Shown: positions 17,610 through 27,748, numbered from the stretch's first letter. The stretch: 64,000 nt of DNA from Candidatus Dormibacteria bacterium (GCA_050734185.1 JBOHUE010000157.1:1430-65429); one strand, 5' to 3'. The notes: generated by a model not told the origin, from the letters alone. Program-made: numbers and translations.

Positions 17610-20113
17610 TTCGGAGAGAACACCGGCGGAGCCCCCGCGAACGAGTGGAACCCGCCGTAGTAGTCAACGACCCACCCCTGGGTGCTTGACCCCGGCACGA
17701 ACACGATGCCGCGGGCGATGTCCCAGGCGGGCCAGTAGCCGGTGATCTGCTGCGGGGTGAGCTGCGGCGGCGCGCTGCCGGGCACGCCGAAGGGATGCGG
17801 CCCGCCGAGGCCGTCCATCACATAGCCGCCGGTTCCGGCCGGATCGAGGGCGAACCGGTGGGCGATGTCCCAGCCGGGCCAGTACGCGGTCACGGCGGCG
17901 TTCGCCGGGATGTCGCCGCTCACGCCGAACGCGTGCACTCCCCCGAGACCGTCCAAGACGTAGCCGCTGACGCCATCCGACCGAAGCTGCACGTCGCGCG
18001 CGATGTTCCATCCCTGCCAGTACGCGGTCACCTGCACGCTCGGAGGCATGTCACCCGGCACGCCGAACGGATGCAGGCCACCGAGACCGTCGAGGACGTA
18101 GCCGCTCTGGCCGTCGGGGCGCACCGCGATGCCGCGAGCGATGTCCCAGCCGGGCCAATAGGCGGTCGCGGCAACCGGCGGCGCGGTGCCGAATGGGTGC
18201 ACCCCGCCGAAGGCGTCGAGCGTGTATCCGCCCGCGCCACCGGCGGCGACCGCGATGCCGCGGACGATGTCCCAGTTGGGCCATTCCGTGGCGCCGTACA
18301 TCGGCGCGGACGACCCGGGATCGAGGATGCCCGTCGCTGAAACGGCGTACAAGCCCTTGAAGGGAGTGCTGTACAGCGCCGCCGACGCGATGGTCGTCGT
18401 CGCCGTGTTGGTCGAGAACCCCGCATCCTGGGTCGCAGCCCGGGTGGCCGCCTGCACGGTGAAGGCATACGAGTGCCCGGGCACGCCGTTGAAGGGCATG
18501 CTCGTCTGGTTCGTCGTGCCGTAGCGAATCCAGCCGCCCGCAGCCTGGTCCCTGACCCAGACGATGTACGAGCTGGCGGGGACGCTCGACGGGTCGAGAC
18601 TCCAGGTGAGGGTGATCCCGGTCGTCGCCTGCAGCGGGGACAGCGCGCCCATCGTCGCGCTCGGCGCCATCTGACCGCTCAGCTGGGCGTTCCCGTGGAA
18701 GCCGGTCCACGATCCGGGCAAGATCTTCGTCGTTCCCGGGATGGGGAACGCCCGCACTGTCCAGGCGGTGCGCGCGCTGTTCGCCTGGCTGAGCGTGATG
18801 ACGCTCACCTTGCCGGCGCCCAGGTCCGCGAACGTCGGCGCCGCGAAGCCGCCGACGTCCAGCGGCCCTGCCGTCAGCGCCACCTGTCCCGCGTTGTTGT
18901 AGGCCCGCAGCGTCGCCCCGGCGATGATCCAGACGCCGTTGCTCGAGCCACTGCCGATCGGGCCGATTGCCGGATTCGACTCCAGGCTGCCCACGCCAGG
19001 ATGCGCCGGCCAGCCGGCGAGTGCGTTGCCGGTCCAGTCCCACGCGTAGAGCGAGCCGTCCTCGCTCGCCTCGACGACGTCGCGGCTCCCGTTGCCGAAG
19101 AGATCGCCGAGCGCGGGTGACGCAATGTTCATCGCCCCCGTTGACGCGGGCCAGCCGCCGAACGAGGACCCCGCACCGGTGAACCCATGCACCTGGTCGC
19201 CCGCGGGCCCGCTGTAGAGATTGCCGGTGCCCGCATAGATGGCGACGTTGTGGCCGTCGAGGTCCACAGCGGCGCTCGAGGACCAGGGAACCTGGTCGAT
19301 CGTGTGGGGCCAGCCCGGGATGACGCAGTTCGATTGGTTCGCGTAGCTGTTGGCCACGCACCCGGTCGGTCGGAAGGCCCAGTACACGCCGCCCGTCGGG
19401 TACGGCTCGTACAGCGGTCCGGAGGAATCGAAGCCGACCACGATGTCGAGCTGCCCGTGATGCTCGAGGTCGACCAGCGTGGGTGTATCGAACGCCGTGT
19501 CCCAGACGTGGAGCGGAAAGCCCGACAGCACGTTGCCGTAGCGATCCCACGCCCAGAGATGCTGGTCCCACGCAGCCGCCACCAGCTCCTTGTGGCCGTC
19601 ACCAAAGAGGTCACCCACGGCGACACCACCGAACACACCGGGATTCACGCCGGGTCCAGGTGGGTCGGTGTGCTGCGGCCATCCCGGGAACACCGATCCG
19701 TCGCCGTTGAAGACATAGATGTAGCCCGCCTCGGAGGTGGCGATCACCTCGTCACGCCCGTCGCCGGTGAGGTCGGCGACTGTTGGAGTGCTGTGGATGG
19801 GGCCACCGATGTACTGGGGCCAGCCCGGGAGCACCGCGCCGGTGACGCCATCGAACGCCCACACGCTGCCGTCGGGGAAGCCGGCCACGACCTGCTTGCG
19901 CCCGTCACCGAAGAGGTCGGCGACCGTTCCTCCGCCGAACGGCTCCGACGAGATCCCCGACGGCGGGCTCGACTTACCGGGCGCGACGTGGACGGTGGCG
20001 GACCAGCTCGCGGTCAGCGTCGGCGGCGCTGCAGGGGCCGGCGTGCTGCCACCAGCGCCGGTTGCGAACACGTAGGCCGACAGGACTGCGGCACTCCACG
20101 AAAACGCCCCCAT
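17567..20113 (-). CDS. secreted FG-GAP-repeat beta-propeller / FN3 / 42-aa-repeat protein
   Basis: Signal peptide; seven FG-GAP-like Ca-loop repeats (VADLFGDGRKQVVAG, VADLTGDGRDEVIAT, VGDLFGDGHKELVAA ...), each followed by a GWP motif; fibronectin-III-like segment (ITLTWSLDPSSVPASSYIVWVRD...YAFTVQA); six C-terminal copies of the 42-aa repeat. Confidence 0.8.
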   Translation of the reverse strand: MGAFSWSAAVLSAYVFATGAGGSTPAPAAPPTLTASWSATVHVAPGKSSPPSGISSEPFGGGTVADLFGDGRKQVVAGFPDGSVWAFDGVTGAVLPGWPQYIGGPIHSTPTVADLTGDGRDEVIATSEAGYIYVFNGDGSVFPGWPQHTDPPGPGVNPGVFGGVAVGDLFGDGHKELVAAAWDQHLWAWDRYGNVLSGFPLHVWDTAFDTPTLVDLEHHGQLDIVVGFDSSGPLYEPYPTGGVYWAFRPTGCVANSYANQSNCVIPGWPHTIDQVPWSSSAAVDLDGHNVAIYAGTGNLYSGPAGDQVHGFTGAGSSFGGWPASTGAMNIASPALGDLFGNGSRDVVEASEDGSLYAWDWTGNALAGWPAHPGVGSLESNPAIGPIGSGSSNGVWIIAGATLRAYNNAGQVALTAGPLDVGGFAAPTFADLGAGKVSVITLSQANSARTAWTVRAFPIPGTTKILPGSWTGFHGNAQLSGQMAPSATMGALSPLQATTGITLTWSLDPSSVPASSYIVWVRDQAAGGWIRYGTTNQTSMPFNGVPGHSYAFTVQAATRAATQDAGFSTNTATTTIASAALYSTPFKGLYAVSATGILDPGSSAPMYGATEWPNWDIVRGIAVAAGGAGGYTLDAFGGVHPFGTAPPVAATAYWPGWDIARGIAVRPDGQSGYVLDGLGGLHPFGVPGDMPPSVQVTAYWQGWNIARDVQLRSDGVSGYVLDGLGGVHAFGVSGDIPANAAVTAYWPGWDIAHRFALDPAGTGGYVMDGLGGPHPFGVPGSAPPQLTPQQITGYWPAWDIARGIVFVPGSSTQGWVVDYYGGFHSFAGAPPVFSPNYGGDTSVRGLSGA
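17570..18386 (-). repeat. in-frame coding tandem repeat, 42-aa period, about 6 copies
   Basis: Same GYVLDGLGGxHPFG...AYWPGWDIARG unit as in 1216..3402, read from the translation. Confidence 0.8.
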
Positions 20114-20250
20114 ACGACCCTGAGCCTATGGACCCCCTGCACCCGCCATCCGCGTCGCTACAGGCTCGTCGCAGCGCGGTCATCGATTGCGAAAGACGCC
20201 GCGGAACGCGACACGACGCGCCTGCCATGCCCACTACCATGTGATCGCAC

Positions 20251-21408
20251 ATGGCGGATACGCCCTTGCGGCTCTGCGTCGAAGCAAACGTCATCTGCGC
20301 GACACATCAAAGTGGCGTCGGCCACGCGGCCCAGGGGTTGATCACCGCGCTGGTGCGCGACACCGAAGCGCAACAGCATGTGCACGTCGTGCTGATCGTA
20401 CCGCTGCGCGGTGCTGCACGACTGCAGCGCGTGGGACTCGGCTCTGTGTCGCGACTCACGATACCGCTGCCGCTCCGTGGCTACGAGCGGTGGGCGGCAG
20501 TGCCGGTGTTGCCACCACTGGACGTGTTGTTCGGCCGCGGCACATACCTCTTCACGAACTACGGCAACTGGCCGTTGCTGCGCTCGAGATCGTTGACGAT
20601 CATTCACGACGTCGCATTTCTCCGCCACCCTGCGACCGTCGAGGAGCGCACCGGCGCCAGGCTGCGTCACAACGCACGGCGATGGGCGCACCGCACGTCG
20701 ATGGTGCTCGTGCCCTCGGAGTTCTCGCGCACCGAGCTGAGCGCATGCCTCGATCTCGATCCGGCGCGCATTGCGGTGATGCCGCTCGGCGTCGACACCA
20801 CGATCTTCTTCCCGCGCCGTGCCGACGAGGTGCACGCGACGCTGCGCCGCCTCGGGCTGTCTCCGGGGTACGTGCTGTATTTCGGCAACATCGAGCCGCG
20901 CAAGAACCTGGCACGGCTTGTGCGCGCCTACGGCGCTGTCGATCGCGAGCTGCAGCAGCAGCACCCCCTGGTGCTCGCCGGCAGCACCAGCTGGAGAGCG
21001 GAGGAGATCGAGCGCGAGATCGCGAACGCGCAATCGCGCGGATACAGAGTCGAGCGGCTTCCGGGCCGCATCAGCGACACGGATCTCCCGGCGCTGCTCA
21101 GCGGCGCGGCGATGCTGGCGCATCCGTCGCTGTACGAGGGGTTCGGACTGGTACCGCTGCAGGCGATGGCGTGCGCCACGCCGGTGCTCGTCTCCAATCG
21201 TGCAGCCATGCCCGAGGTCGCCGGCGGCGCCGGGTTGTACGTCGATCCCCTGCAGGAGGACGACATCACGCGCGGCATCGAGACGTTGTTGACCGACGCC
21301 GGCCTGCGCGCATCGCTGAGCGCCGCCGGCCGGTTACGCGCGTCCACCTTCACGTGGCAGCGCACGGCCACCAGCTTTCTGGACGCCGTGCGGACCCTCA
21401 ACACGTAG
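20251..21408 (+). CDS. GT4-family glycosyltransferase
   Basis: C-domain motifs GYVLYFGNIEPRKN and SLYEGFGLVPLQAMACATPVLVSN (EX7E); track ORFs 20187..21923 and 20158..21123 are overlapping artefacts. Confidence 0.8.
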   Translation: MADTPLRLCVEANVICATHQSGVGHAAQGLITALVRDTEAQQHVHVVLIVPLRGAARLQRVGLGSVSRLTIPLPLRGYERWAAVPVLPPLDVLFGRGTYLFTNYGNWPLLRSRSLTIIHDVAFLRHPATVEERTGARLRHNARRWAHRTSMVLVPSEFSRTELSACLDLDPARIAVMPLGVDTTIFFPRRADEVHATLRRLGLSPGYVLYFGNIEPRKNLARLVRAYGAVDRELQQQHPLVLAGSTSWRAEEIEREIANAQSRGYRVERLPGRISDTDLPALLSGAAMLAHPSLYEGFGLVPLQAMACATPVLVSNRAAMPEVAGGAGLYVDPLQEDDITRGIETLLTDAGLRASLSAAGRLRASTFTWQRTATSFLDAVRTLNT

Positions 21409-21507
21409 CCCACCATCCGCAACGACGTTGTTACGACGCCATCATTTCGTTCAGGCGGTTCACACCGACCATGCAACGGGCGGTATCGATAATCGCAGGA
21501 GCATGGT

Positions 21508-23730
21508 GTGGCGCAGCACGGCGGTACAGGTCGCAGTTGGCACAAACTGGCTGCGCTCGCACTCGCCGGCGCGGTGGTCACCGTCCTTGCGCCCACCGGT
21601 ATCACCGCGCACGCCGACACCGCACACTCACTCGTCACCGCTGGGGCGCCGCTGGCCATCGCCGGCGCCGTGGCGCCGGGCATCATCGACAACAACCTGT
21701 GCTCGAGTCATCCGTACGGGACGGTGATGATCAGTGGCGCGTCGTGGGCCGGCGGCCTGGGACATCCGCCGTCGTCGGGTGGCGCGACGTTCGATGTGTC
21801 CAGCAACTGGGACGGCTCGTCGTGCTGGCGCAGCGAGGAGCCGACCGACGGCAGGGACAGCTACGGAACGCAGTACCAGTGCACCGAACTGGCGATGCGT
21901 GTTGCCGACCTCGAGTGGGGTGAGGGCAGCGAGAGAGCGTGGTCGGCGGCAGGCTGGACCGGCGACGGTTACAGCATGTTCGACGCCGGCCCCAGGCTTG
22001 CTGTCCCGCTCGTGGCGACGCCCAACGGCTCAGGATCGCTGCCGAGTCCAGGCGACATCATGGTGTGGGACGCAACGCCGAGTGACACCACCGGCCACGT
22101 TGCGGTGGTCGAGCGAGTCGACACGGTGGCGCAGCGGGTCTGGGTCGTCAGCCAGAACAGCTACGCCGCCGAATATGGTCTTCCCTACTCCGGCACCACC
22201 ATCGATCCGACAGCTCAGTTTGGTCTTCCGCTGCGCGGTTGGCTCGGCAGTCCGCGGCCGACGCGCGGTGTCGCGCTGCGCAGCGACGGTGTATCGGGAT
22301 ACGCGCTCGACGGTTGGGGTGGCGTGCTCCCGTTCGGCGGTGCACCGCCGCTGAGCGTCAGCGCGTACTGGCCCGACTGGGACATCGCACGCGGGATGGC
22401 AATGCGCGCCGACGCGTCCGGCGGATACGTCCTCGACGCCTTCGGGGTCCTGCATCCCTTTGGCAGCGCGCCGGATGTCGCCATCAGCGCGTACTGGCCC
22501 GGGTGGGACATCGCCCGCGCCGTCGTGCTTCGATCCGACGGTGTGAGCGGGTACGTTCTCGATGGTCTCGGCGGCCTGCATCCCTTCGGCGGCGCGCCCT
22601 CGGTGGCGATCAGCGCGTACTGGCCGGGCTGGGACATCGCGCGTGCCGTCGTACTCCGGCCGGACGGCGTGAGCGGCTACGTTCTCGACGGACTCGGCGG
22701 CCTCAATCCATTCGGCGGCGCGCCGTCGGTCGGCGCCACCGCGTACTGGCCGTCGTGGGACATCGCCCGTGCCGTGACGCTGGTGACCGACAACAGCAAT
22801 CCACATGTGCCGGCGAACTCCGGCTGGACGCTCGACGGCTGGGGCGGCGTGCACCCGTTCGGCGGTGCGCCGGCCGTCGACTTCCCAGCAAATCCGTACT
22901 TTTCCGGTCGCGACGTCGCCCGCGGCATCGCCTTTCAACCGTTGATGGACGCCGGTGTGACGGTCGACGGCCGGTCGACCCCCGCAGCGTTTCGCGTCAC
23001 ACCGCCTGTCCGTGCACTCGCGTACAAACCCGGGACGAGCAGCGGCTACCTGCTGGATGGCTACGGAGGCCTCACGCCGTTTGCCGGAGCGCCCGCTCTC
23101 TCGGCTGCGTCGGCGAAACCGCGCTGGCCGGAGTGGGACATCGCGCGCGGCGTCGCTCTTCGCGCCAACGGGACGAGCGGTTACGTGCTCGACGGCTTCG
23201 GCGGCCTGCACCCGTACGGCGGGGCGCCGAACGTGGTCATCACCGGGTACTGGCAGGGCCACGATCTCGCACGCGGAGTGGTGCTCCGGGCTGATGGCGT
23301 GAGCGGCTACGTGCTGGACGCGCACGGCGCGCTGTGGCCGTTCGGCGGCGCACCCGCGATCGCGACGACGACCACCTGGTCGACCGACGTCGCCCGCGGA
23401 GTCGTGCTGACGTCGAATGGGACGGGTGGCTACGTGCTCGACGCATATGGTGGCGTGAATCCGTTCGGCTCTGCGTCGGCGAGTGCAGCGCCCATGTGGC
23501 CCGGATGGGACCTGGCCCGCAGCATCGCGCTCCTCACCGATACGAGTGGATACATCCTCGACAGCTGGGGCGGCGTGCACCCGTTCGGCGGCGCGCCACT
23601 CCTGCCCGGCGCCCGCTACTGGCCGGGGTCCGACGCCGCGCGAGGCATCGCGCTCTCCGGGTCATCGACCGCACAGTCGCCGTCGGGCACCGTCGCCTAC
23701 CTCAACGGAGCGACGAGCAGCGTCTCGTAG
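21508..23730 (+). CDS. secreted CHAP-domain amidase/peptidase with 12 C-terminal 42-aa repeats
   Basis: Signal peptide; CHAP catalytic Cys context YQCTELAMRVADL (aa about 125) and His context GHVAVVERVD (aa about 197); then about 12 tandem copies of the 42-aa repeat. Confidence 0.8.
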   Translation: MAQHGGTGRSWHKLAALALAGAVVTVLAPTGITAHADTAHSLVTAGAPLAIAGAVAPGIIDNNLCSSHPYGTVMISGASWAGGLGHPPSSGGATFDVSSNWDGSSCWRSEEPTDGRDSYGTQYQCTELAMRVADLEWGEGSERAWSAAGWTGDGYSMFDAGPRLAVPLVATPNGSGSLPSPGDIMVWDATPSDTTGHVAVVERVDTVAQRVWVVSQNSYAAEYGLPYSGTTIDPTAQFGLPLRGWLGSPRPTRGVALRSDGVSGYALDGWGGVLPFGGAPPLSVSAYWPDWDIARGMAMRADASGGYVLDAFGVLHPFGSAPDVAISAYWPGWDIARAVVLRSDGVSGYVLDGLGGLHPFGGAPSVAISAYWPGWDIARAVVLRPDGVSGYVLDGLGGLNPFGGAPSVGATAYWPSWDIARAVTLVTDNSNPHVPANSGWTLDGWGGVHPFGGAPAVDFPANPYFSGRDVARGIAFQPLMDAGVTVDGRSTPAAFRVTPPVRALAYKPGTSSGYLLDGYGGLTPFAGAPALSAASAKPRWPEWDIARGVALRANGTSGYVLDGFGGLHPYGGAPNVVITGYWQGHDLARGVVLRADGVSGYVLDAHGALWPFGGAPAIATTTTWSTDVARGVVLTSNGTGGYVLDAYGGVNPFGSASASAAPMWPGWDLARSIALLTDTSGYILDSWGGVHPFGGAPLLPGARYWPGSDAARGIALSGSSTAQSPSGTVAYLNGATSSVS
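22234..23727 (+). repeat. in-frame coding tandem repeat, 42-aa period, about 12 copies
   Basis: Read from the translation; the antisense 516-aa ORF 22030..23580 is an artefact of this GC-rich repeat. Confidence 0.8.
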
Positions 23731-23815
23731 CGGATCCCAGCCTCAGCCGCGGCACGACTGCCGGCGGCGCCGAAGCACGGACATACTATCGGTGCATCGG
23801 GTAAATCCCGACACC

Positions 23816-23886
23816 GCCCCCTTAGCTCATCGGTAGAGCAGCCGGCTTTTAACCGGTTGAGGGAGGTTCGATTCCTCCAGGGGGCA
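23816..23886 (+). tRNA. tRNA-Lys (anticodon UUU)
   Basis: Hand-folded cloverleaf: 7-bp acceptor GCCCCCT/AGGGGGC, D-arm GCTC-ATCGGTA-GAGC, anticodon arm GCCGG-CTTTTAA-CCGGT, T-arm GGAGG-TTCGATT-CCTCC, discriminator A; CCA not encoded. Confidence 0.8.
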
Positions 23887-25638
23887 TCAGCGACGGTGCG
23901 CGGCGCGCACCTGCTCCGCTGCAGCGATGTATCGCTGTGCCGCGTAACGCCTATACCGCTTGCTGCGGTACCACGGGCGCAACTGCAGCAGCATCGGTGG
24001 CCGGCCGCGGTACAGCGCGACAGCGCTCGACGAGTCCAGCTGGCGCAGCGCATCGGGTGGCGCGATGTTGTCGTTGCGCACCGAGTACGCGCGGCTGACG
24101 CGACCATCGGCTCTGCTGACCTGCACGTCGGTGACCGCGTGACGGCCGACGAGCCGGGAGAGCAGGTCGACGGTCTCGGGATCGGTGATGCCCGGAAGAA
24201 TCAGCTTCGCCGGGTGGTTGTTGAGGATCGAGTGCGCGCGATCCGCACCATAGCGCGCACGCAGTTGCGACAGGTCCTGCACGATCGACAGCAGCAGCAC
24301 GCCGCGACCTGCGCCCTGTGACGCGAGACCGGGAAGGTCCTCGATGGGGACGACGTTGGCGAGCTCGTCGAGAAACAGACCGAGCGCGTGATCGAGCCTG
24401 CCCCGCGGTGACTCCTCCGCGATGGTGTATGCCTCGGTCACGACGGTCATCAGAATGCCGACGAAGAGGCCGGCGATGCGCTCCGGCGCGAGTCGCGGCG
24501 TGCAGAGGTAGAGGGTGCCGCCACGTTCGAGGAAGGCTCGCGGATCGAACCTGCTCGACTCGGCCGATGCCGCGGCTGCCCGCTCGTTGAACACGTTGAA
24601 GATGCGCATCACCGTGGAGAACACGGTGCCGCGCTCACGTTCCGGGCGCTGATCCACCGACGCGACCATCGACAGCGCGCGCGCTGCATCCGCGTGGTGC
24701 GGCCGCGAGTCGTCGCTCTGCAGATCCTCCAGCAATGCCATCGGTGTCGCGAGGTCGAAGCCGTGGATCCAGGTGTGCACGTCGACGACGGTGCATCCCG
24801 CGTTGGCCGCAGCGAACAGCAGCGGTGCGATGAGCAGCTTGCCCGACTCCGCCCAGTGCGCCCAGTCGTTGTCGCCACGGCTGGAGCCCTGCTGCAGCCC
24901 GGCGCAGAGCCATGCAGCCACAAGCCATGCGCGGTCGAGGTCCTCACACCCGGCAAGGGGCGACCACGTGACCGACGGCGCGCGCTCGCCCAATTCCCCG
25001 GTGGGGTCGTACACATACACGGGTCCGACGCGTTGCCGGCGTGCCGCGGTCAGCGCGAGCAGCTCGCCCTTGGTGCTGGTAACGACCGCGGGCCCACGCC
25101 AGTCGAGCAGGTTCGGCACCACCAGGCACGTCGTCTTCCCCGACCGCGTGGGTCCGACGACGAGCACGCTGGTCTCGCGTTCGGTGAGGACGAGACGGCG
25201 CCACGCGCGACCGAGCACGAAGCGACCAGGGCGCGCGGAGCGTGCACGGAGACCGCGCATGTCGCGGGCGCGTGCCCACCGTGAGATCGCGCGGATGCGC
25301 CGCGGTGAGCGCGGAACGAGGAGTCGTATCACCAACACGGCGCCGGCCGGCGGCACCGCGCACAACACGGCGAACGCGGTGAAGAACACCGCCGCGTGCG
25401 TGTGCGCGCCGGCTCCCACCAGGTCCCATGCGGCGATGCCGCCGCCGGACCGCACGAGCGCCACGATGCGTGCGGGGTCGGCGTAGCGCAACAGGCCGAC
25501 GGTGGGGTGGCCACCGGCGACCACCGAGGCGACGGTGAGCACCACCCACGCCGCGCACCACAGCATTGCAAGCGCGGCGACGAGCGCAAGCTCGGCGTGA
25601 GCGGATCGGCTCGAGCCGCGCGGAGTGCTCGCTATCAC
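23887..25638 (-). CDS. type IV secretion coupling protein-like ATPase (TraG/TraD/VirD4 family), orphan
   Basis: Two N-terminal TM helices; Walker [12 protein letters not shown]; [21 protein letters not shown] and YVYDPTGE motifs typical of T4CP. Stop codon directly abuts the tRNA-Lys 3' end. Confidence 0.7.
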   Translation of the reverse strand: MIASTPRGSSRSAHAELALVAALAMLWCAAWVVLTVASVVAGGHPTVGLLRYADPARIVALVRSGGGIAAWDLVGAGAHTHAAVFFTAFAVLCAVPPAGAVLVIRLLVPRSPRRIRAISRWARARDMRGLRARSARPGRFVLGRAWRRLVLTERETSVLVVGPTRSGKTTCLVVPNLLDWRGPAVVTSTKGELLALTAARRQRVGPVYVYDPTGELGERAPSVTWSPLAGCEDLDRAWLVAAWLCAGLQQGSSRGDNDWAHWAESGKLLIAPLLFAAANAGCTVVDVHTWIHGFDLATPMALLEDLQSDDSRPHHADAARALSMVASVDQRPERERGTVFSTVMRIFNVFNERAAAASAESSRFDPRAFLERGGTLYLCTPRLAPERIAGLFVGILMTVVTEAYTIAEESPRGRLDHALGLFLDELANVVPIEDLPGLASQGAGRGVLLLSIVQDLSQLRARYGADRAHSILNNHPAKLILPGITDPETVDLLSRLVGRHAVTDVQVSRADGRVSRAYSVRNDNIAPPDALRQLDSSSAVALYRGRPPMLLQLRPWYRSKRYRRYAAQRYIAAAEQVRAAHRR

Positions 25639-25697
25639 GCCCCGAGTGTTCGCCGTCGAGACGGACGCGAGCCGGACGATCTTCCCTTACGGGAGCG

Positions 25698-26573
25698 CTA
25701 CCTCTTCGCGAGGCCCTCTGCGGTGAGACGCACGACGTCCTCGAGCGTGTCGGCGATGCGTGCCCCCGCCGCGCGCAGCGCGTCGATCTTGCTCTGCGCG
25801 GTGCCGGTGTTTCCGCTGATGATCGCGCCCGCGTGCCCCATGCGCTTGCCCTCCGGCGCGGTGCGTCCGGAGATGAACGCGACGACCGGGCGATCAAAGC
25901 TCGACTCCCGCATCCACGCTGCCGCCGCCTCCTCGTCGGATCCGCCGATCTCGCCGATCAGCACCACGGCGTGGGTCTCAGGATCGTCCCCGAAGAGTCG
26001 CAACACGTCGGTGAAGCCGAGGCCGAGCACCGGGTCGCCACCGATGCCGACCGATGTCGTCTGCCCCATCCCCGCCTGCCCGAGCCCCTGGATGACCTCG
26101 TAGGTGAGCGTGCCACTGCGCCCGACGATGCCGACCGGGCCAGGCCGGTTGATGTGGTTCGGAATGATCCCCACCTTGCACTCATCCGGCGTCACGACGC
26201 CGGGGCAGTTCGGTCCGACCAGCCGCGCACCGTGCACGGAGACGAACTCGCGTGCGCGCACCATGTCGAGCACGGGGATGCCCTCTGTGATGCAGATGAC
26301 GAGCGGCAACGCCGAGGACGCCTCCATGATCGCGTCGGCGGCGAATGCGGGTGGCACAAACACCCCGGCGACGTTCGCGCCGGTCGCCGCCACAGCGGTG
26401 GCGACGGTGTCGAACACGGGCACGCCGTCGACGTCGCTGCCACCCTTTCCGGGAGAGACACCGGCGACGACGTTCGTACCGAACTCGCGCATCTGCGCTG
26501 TGTGAAACCGGCCCTCGCGTCCCGTGATGCCCTGCACCAGGACGCGGCTCTCACGGTCGAGCAGCACGCTCAT
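25698..26573 (-). CDS. sucD: succinyl-CoA ligase (ADP-forming) subunit alpha
   Basis: Full-length match by eye to SucD (CoA-binding, phosphohistidine region MGHAGAII); 4-bp overlap with sucC. Confidence 0.95.
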   Translation of the reverse strand: MSVLLDRESRVLVQGITGREGRFHTAQMREFGTNVVAGVSPGKGGSDVDGVPVFDTVATAVAATGANVAGVFVPPAFAADAIMEASSALPLVICITEGIPVLDMVRAREFVSVHGARLVGPNCPGVVTPDECKVGIIPNHINRPGPVGIVGRSGTLTYEVIQGLGQAGMGQTTSVGIGGDPVLGLGFTDVLRLFGDDPETHAVVLIGEIGGSDEEAAAAWMRESSFDRPVVAFISGRTAPEGKRMGHAGAIISGNTGTAQSKIDALRAAGARIADTLEDVVRLTAEGLAKR

Positions 26574-27748
26574 GCCTTCGTGAGCTCCACGATGGTCCGC
26601 GCCGCCTCGGTCGCGCTCGTGGCCGGCACGATGCCTGCTTCACGCAGCAGCGCGCGCCCCTCCTCCTCCATGGTGCCGGTCATGCGCACGACCAGCGGCT
26701 TGGTCAGGTGCAGCTCGTCGCGGGCGGCGATGACGCCGCGCGCCACCTCGTCACCGCGGGTGATGCCGCCGAAGACGTTGATGAACACACCGCGCACCTT
26801 GGGGTCGAGCAGCACCATCTCGAGCGCATTGCGCACCTTGTCGGCGCCGGCGCCGCCGCCGATGTCGAGGAAGTTGGCCGGCTCGCCGCCGTGCTGCTTG
26901 ACGAGGTCGACCGTGTTCATCGTCAGCCCGGCGCCGTTGCCGATGACGCCGACCGTGCCGCCGAGGTGGACGTAGGTGAGCCCCCGCAGCCGTGCCTCCA
27001 CCTCCAGCGGGTCGTCGCCACCGGCCGCGTTGTCAGCCGGGTCGTCCTCGCGCAGCTCCTCGACCAGGTCGCGGTGCCGGAACTCGGCGTTCTCGTCGAC
27101 TTCCAATTTGCCGTCTGCGGCCACCAGCAGCCCGCCGGCCGTGAGCGCCAGCGGGTTGATCTCACACGTGACGGCGTCGAGCGAGATGGCGAGCGCGTAG
27201 AGCTTCTCTCCGATGACCGCCAGCTGCGTTGCCAACTGGCCGGCCCGCCGTGCGAGGTCCCCCGCGCCGGTGAGCCCGGAGAACGCCAGCCGGCGGAGCT
27301 CGAACGGCAGCGGTCCGGCAAACGGATCGGGCCAGAGCTTGGCGATGCGCTCCGGGGTTTCGGTCGCAACCTGCTCGATCTCCATGCCGCCCGCGGCGGA
27401 GAAGATCACCGCCATGCGCCGCCGGTCGCGGTCGAGCGTGATGCCGAGGTAGAGCTCGTTGGCGATGTCCAGGCCCGTCTCGCACCACACGCTGCGGACC
27501 GGGTACCCGCGGATGCTCATCGCAAGGATCCGGGCCGCCTCGCGCTCCGCCTCGTCGGGGGTGTGGACCACGGCGATGCCGCCGGCCTTGCCCCGGCCGC
27601 CGATCGGCACCTGCGCCTTGATCGCCACGGTGCCGAGCTCGCGAGCAGCCTGCGCCGCCTCTGCCGGGGTGCGCGCCAGCCGCCCCTGGGGAACAGCGAT
27701 CCCGGCGGCCGCGAAGCGCTGCTTGGCCTGGTATTCGAGCAGCCTCAT
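26570..27748 (-). CDS. sucC: succinyl-CoA ligase (ADP-forming) subunit beta
   Basis: ATP-grasp N-domain (M)RLLEYQAKQ; ATG with an AAGGTG SD preferred over the upstream GTG of the track ORF. Confidence 0.95.
   Translation of the reverse strand: MRLLEYQAKQRFAAAGIAVPQGRLARTPAEAAQAARELGTVAIKAQVPIGGRGKAGGIAVVHTPDEAEREAARILAMSIRGYPVRSVWCETGLDIANELYLGITLDRDRRRMAVIFSAAGGMEIEQVATETPERIAKLWPDPFAGPLPFELRRLAFSGLTGAGDLARRAGQLATQLAVIGEKLYALAISLDAVTCEINPLALTAGGLLVAADGKLEVDENAEFRHRDLVEELREDDPADNAAGGDDPLEVEARLRGLTYVHLGGTVGVIGNGAGLTMNTVDLVKQHGGEPANFLDIGGGAGADKVRNALEMVLLDPKVRGVFINVFGGITRGDEVARGVIAARDELHLTKPLVVRMTGTMEEEGRALLREAGIVPATSATEAARTIVELTKA

Noticed and set aside
18051-19571. 506-aa alternate-frame ORF inside the FG-GAP gene
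   Set aside because: Same strand but a different frame, with R/G/P-rich nonsense; the annotated frame has FG-GAP and FN3 motifs.
20158-21923. ORFs 20187..21923(+) and 20158..21123(-) over the GT4 gene
   Set aside because: No domains and poor composition; 20251..21408 has the GT4 EX7E motifs.
22030-23580. 516-aa antisense ORF across the CHAP repeat gene (similarly 2590..3186 minus and 17795..18340 plus)
   Set aside because: Mirror-image artefacts of the GC-rich tandem repeats; low-complexity R/A/G/P translation; the sense strand encodes recognisable domains.
2638-23727. Possibility that the 126-bp periodic DNA repeats are CRISPR arrays or satellite DNA
   Set aside because: They are in-frame, protein-coding and divergent at the nucleotide level with no spacer/repeat alternation; no CRISPR array is present in the window.
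1216-23730. Assigning the 42-aa repeat to LGFP, choline-binding, tectonin or ricin-B repeats
   Set aside because: Motif spacing and conserved residues (WGG-xHPFG, YWPGWDIARG) do not fit these families as I remember them; left unclassified.
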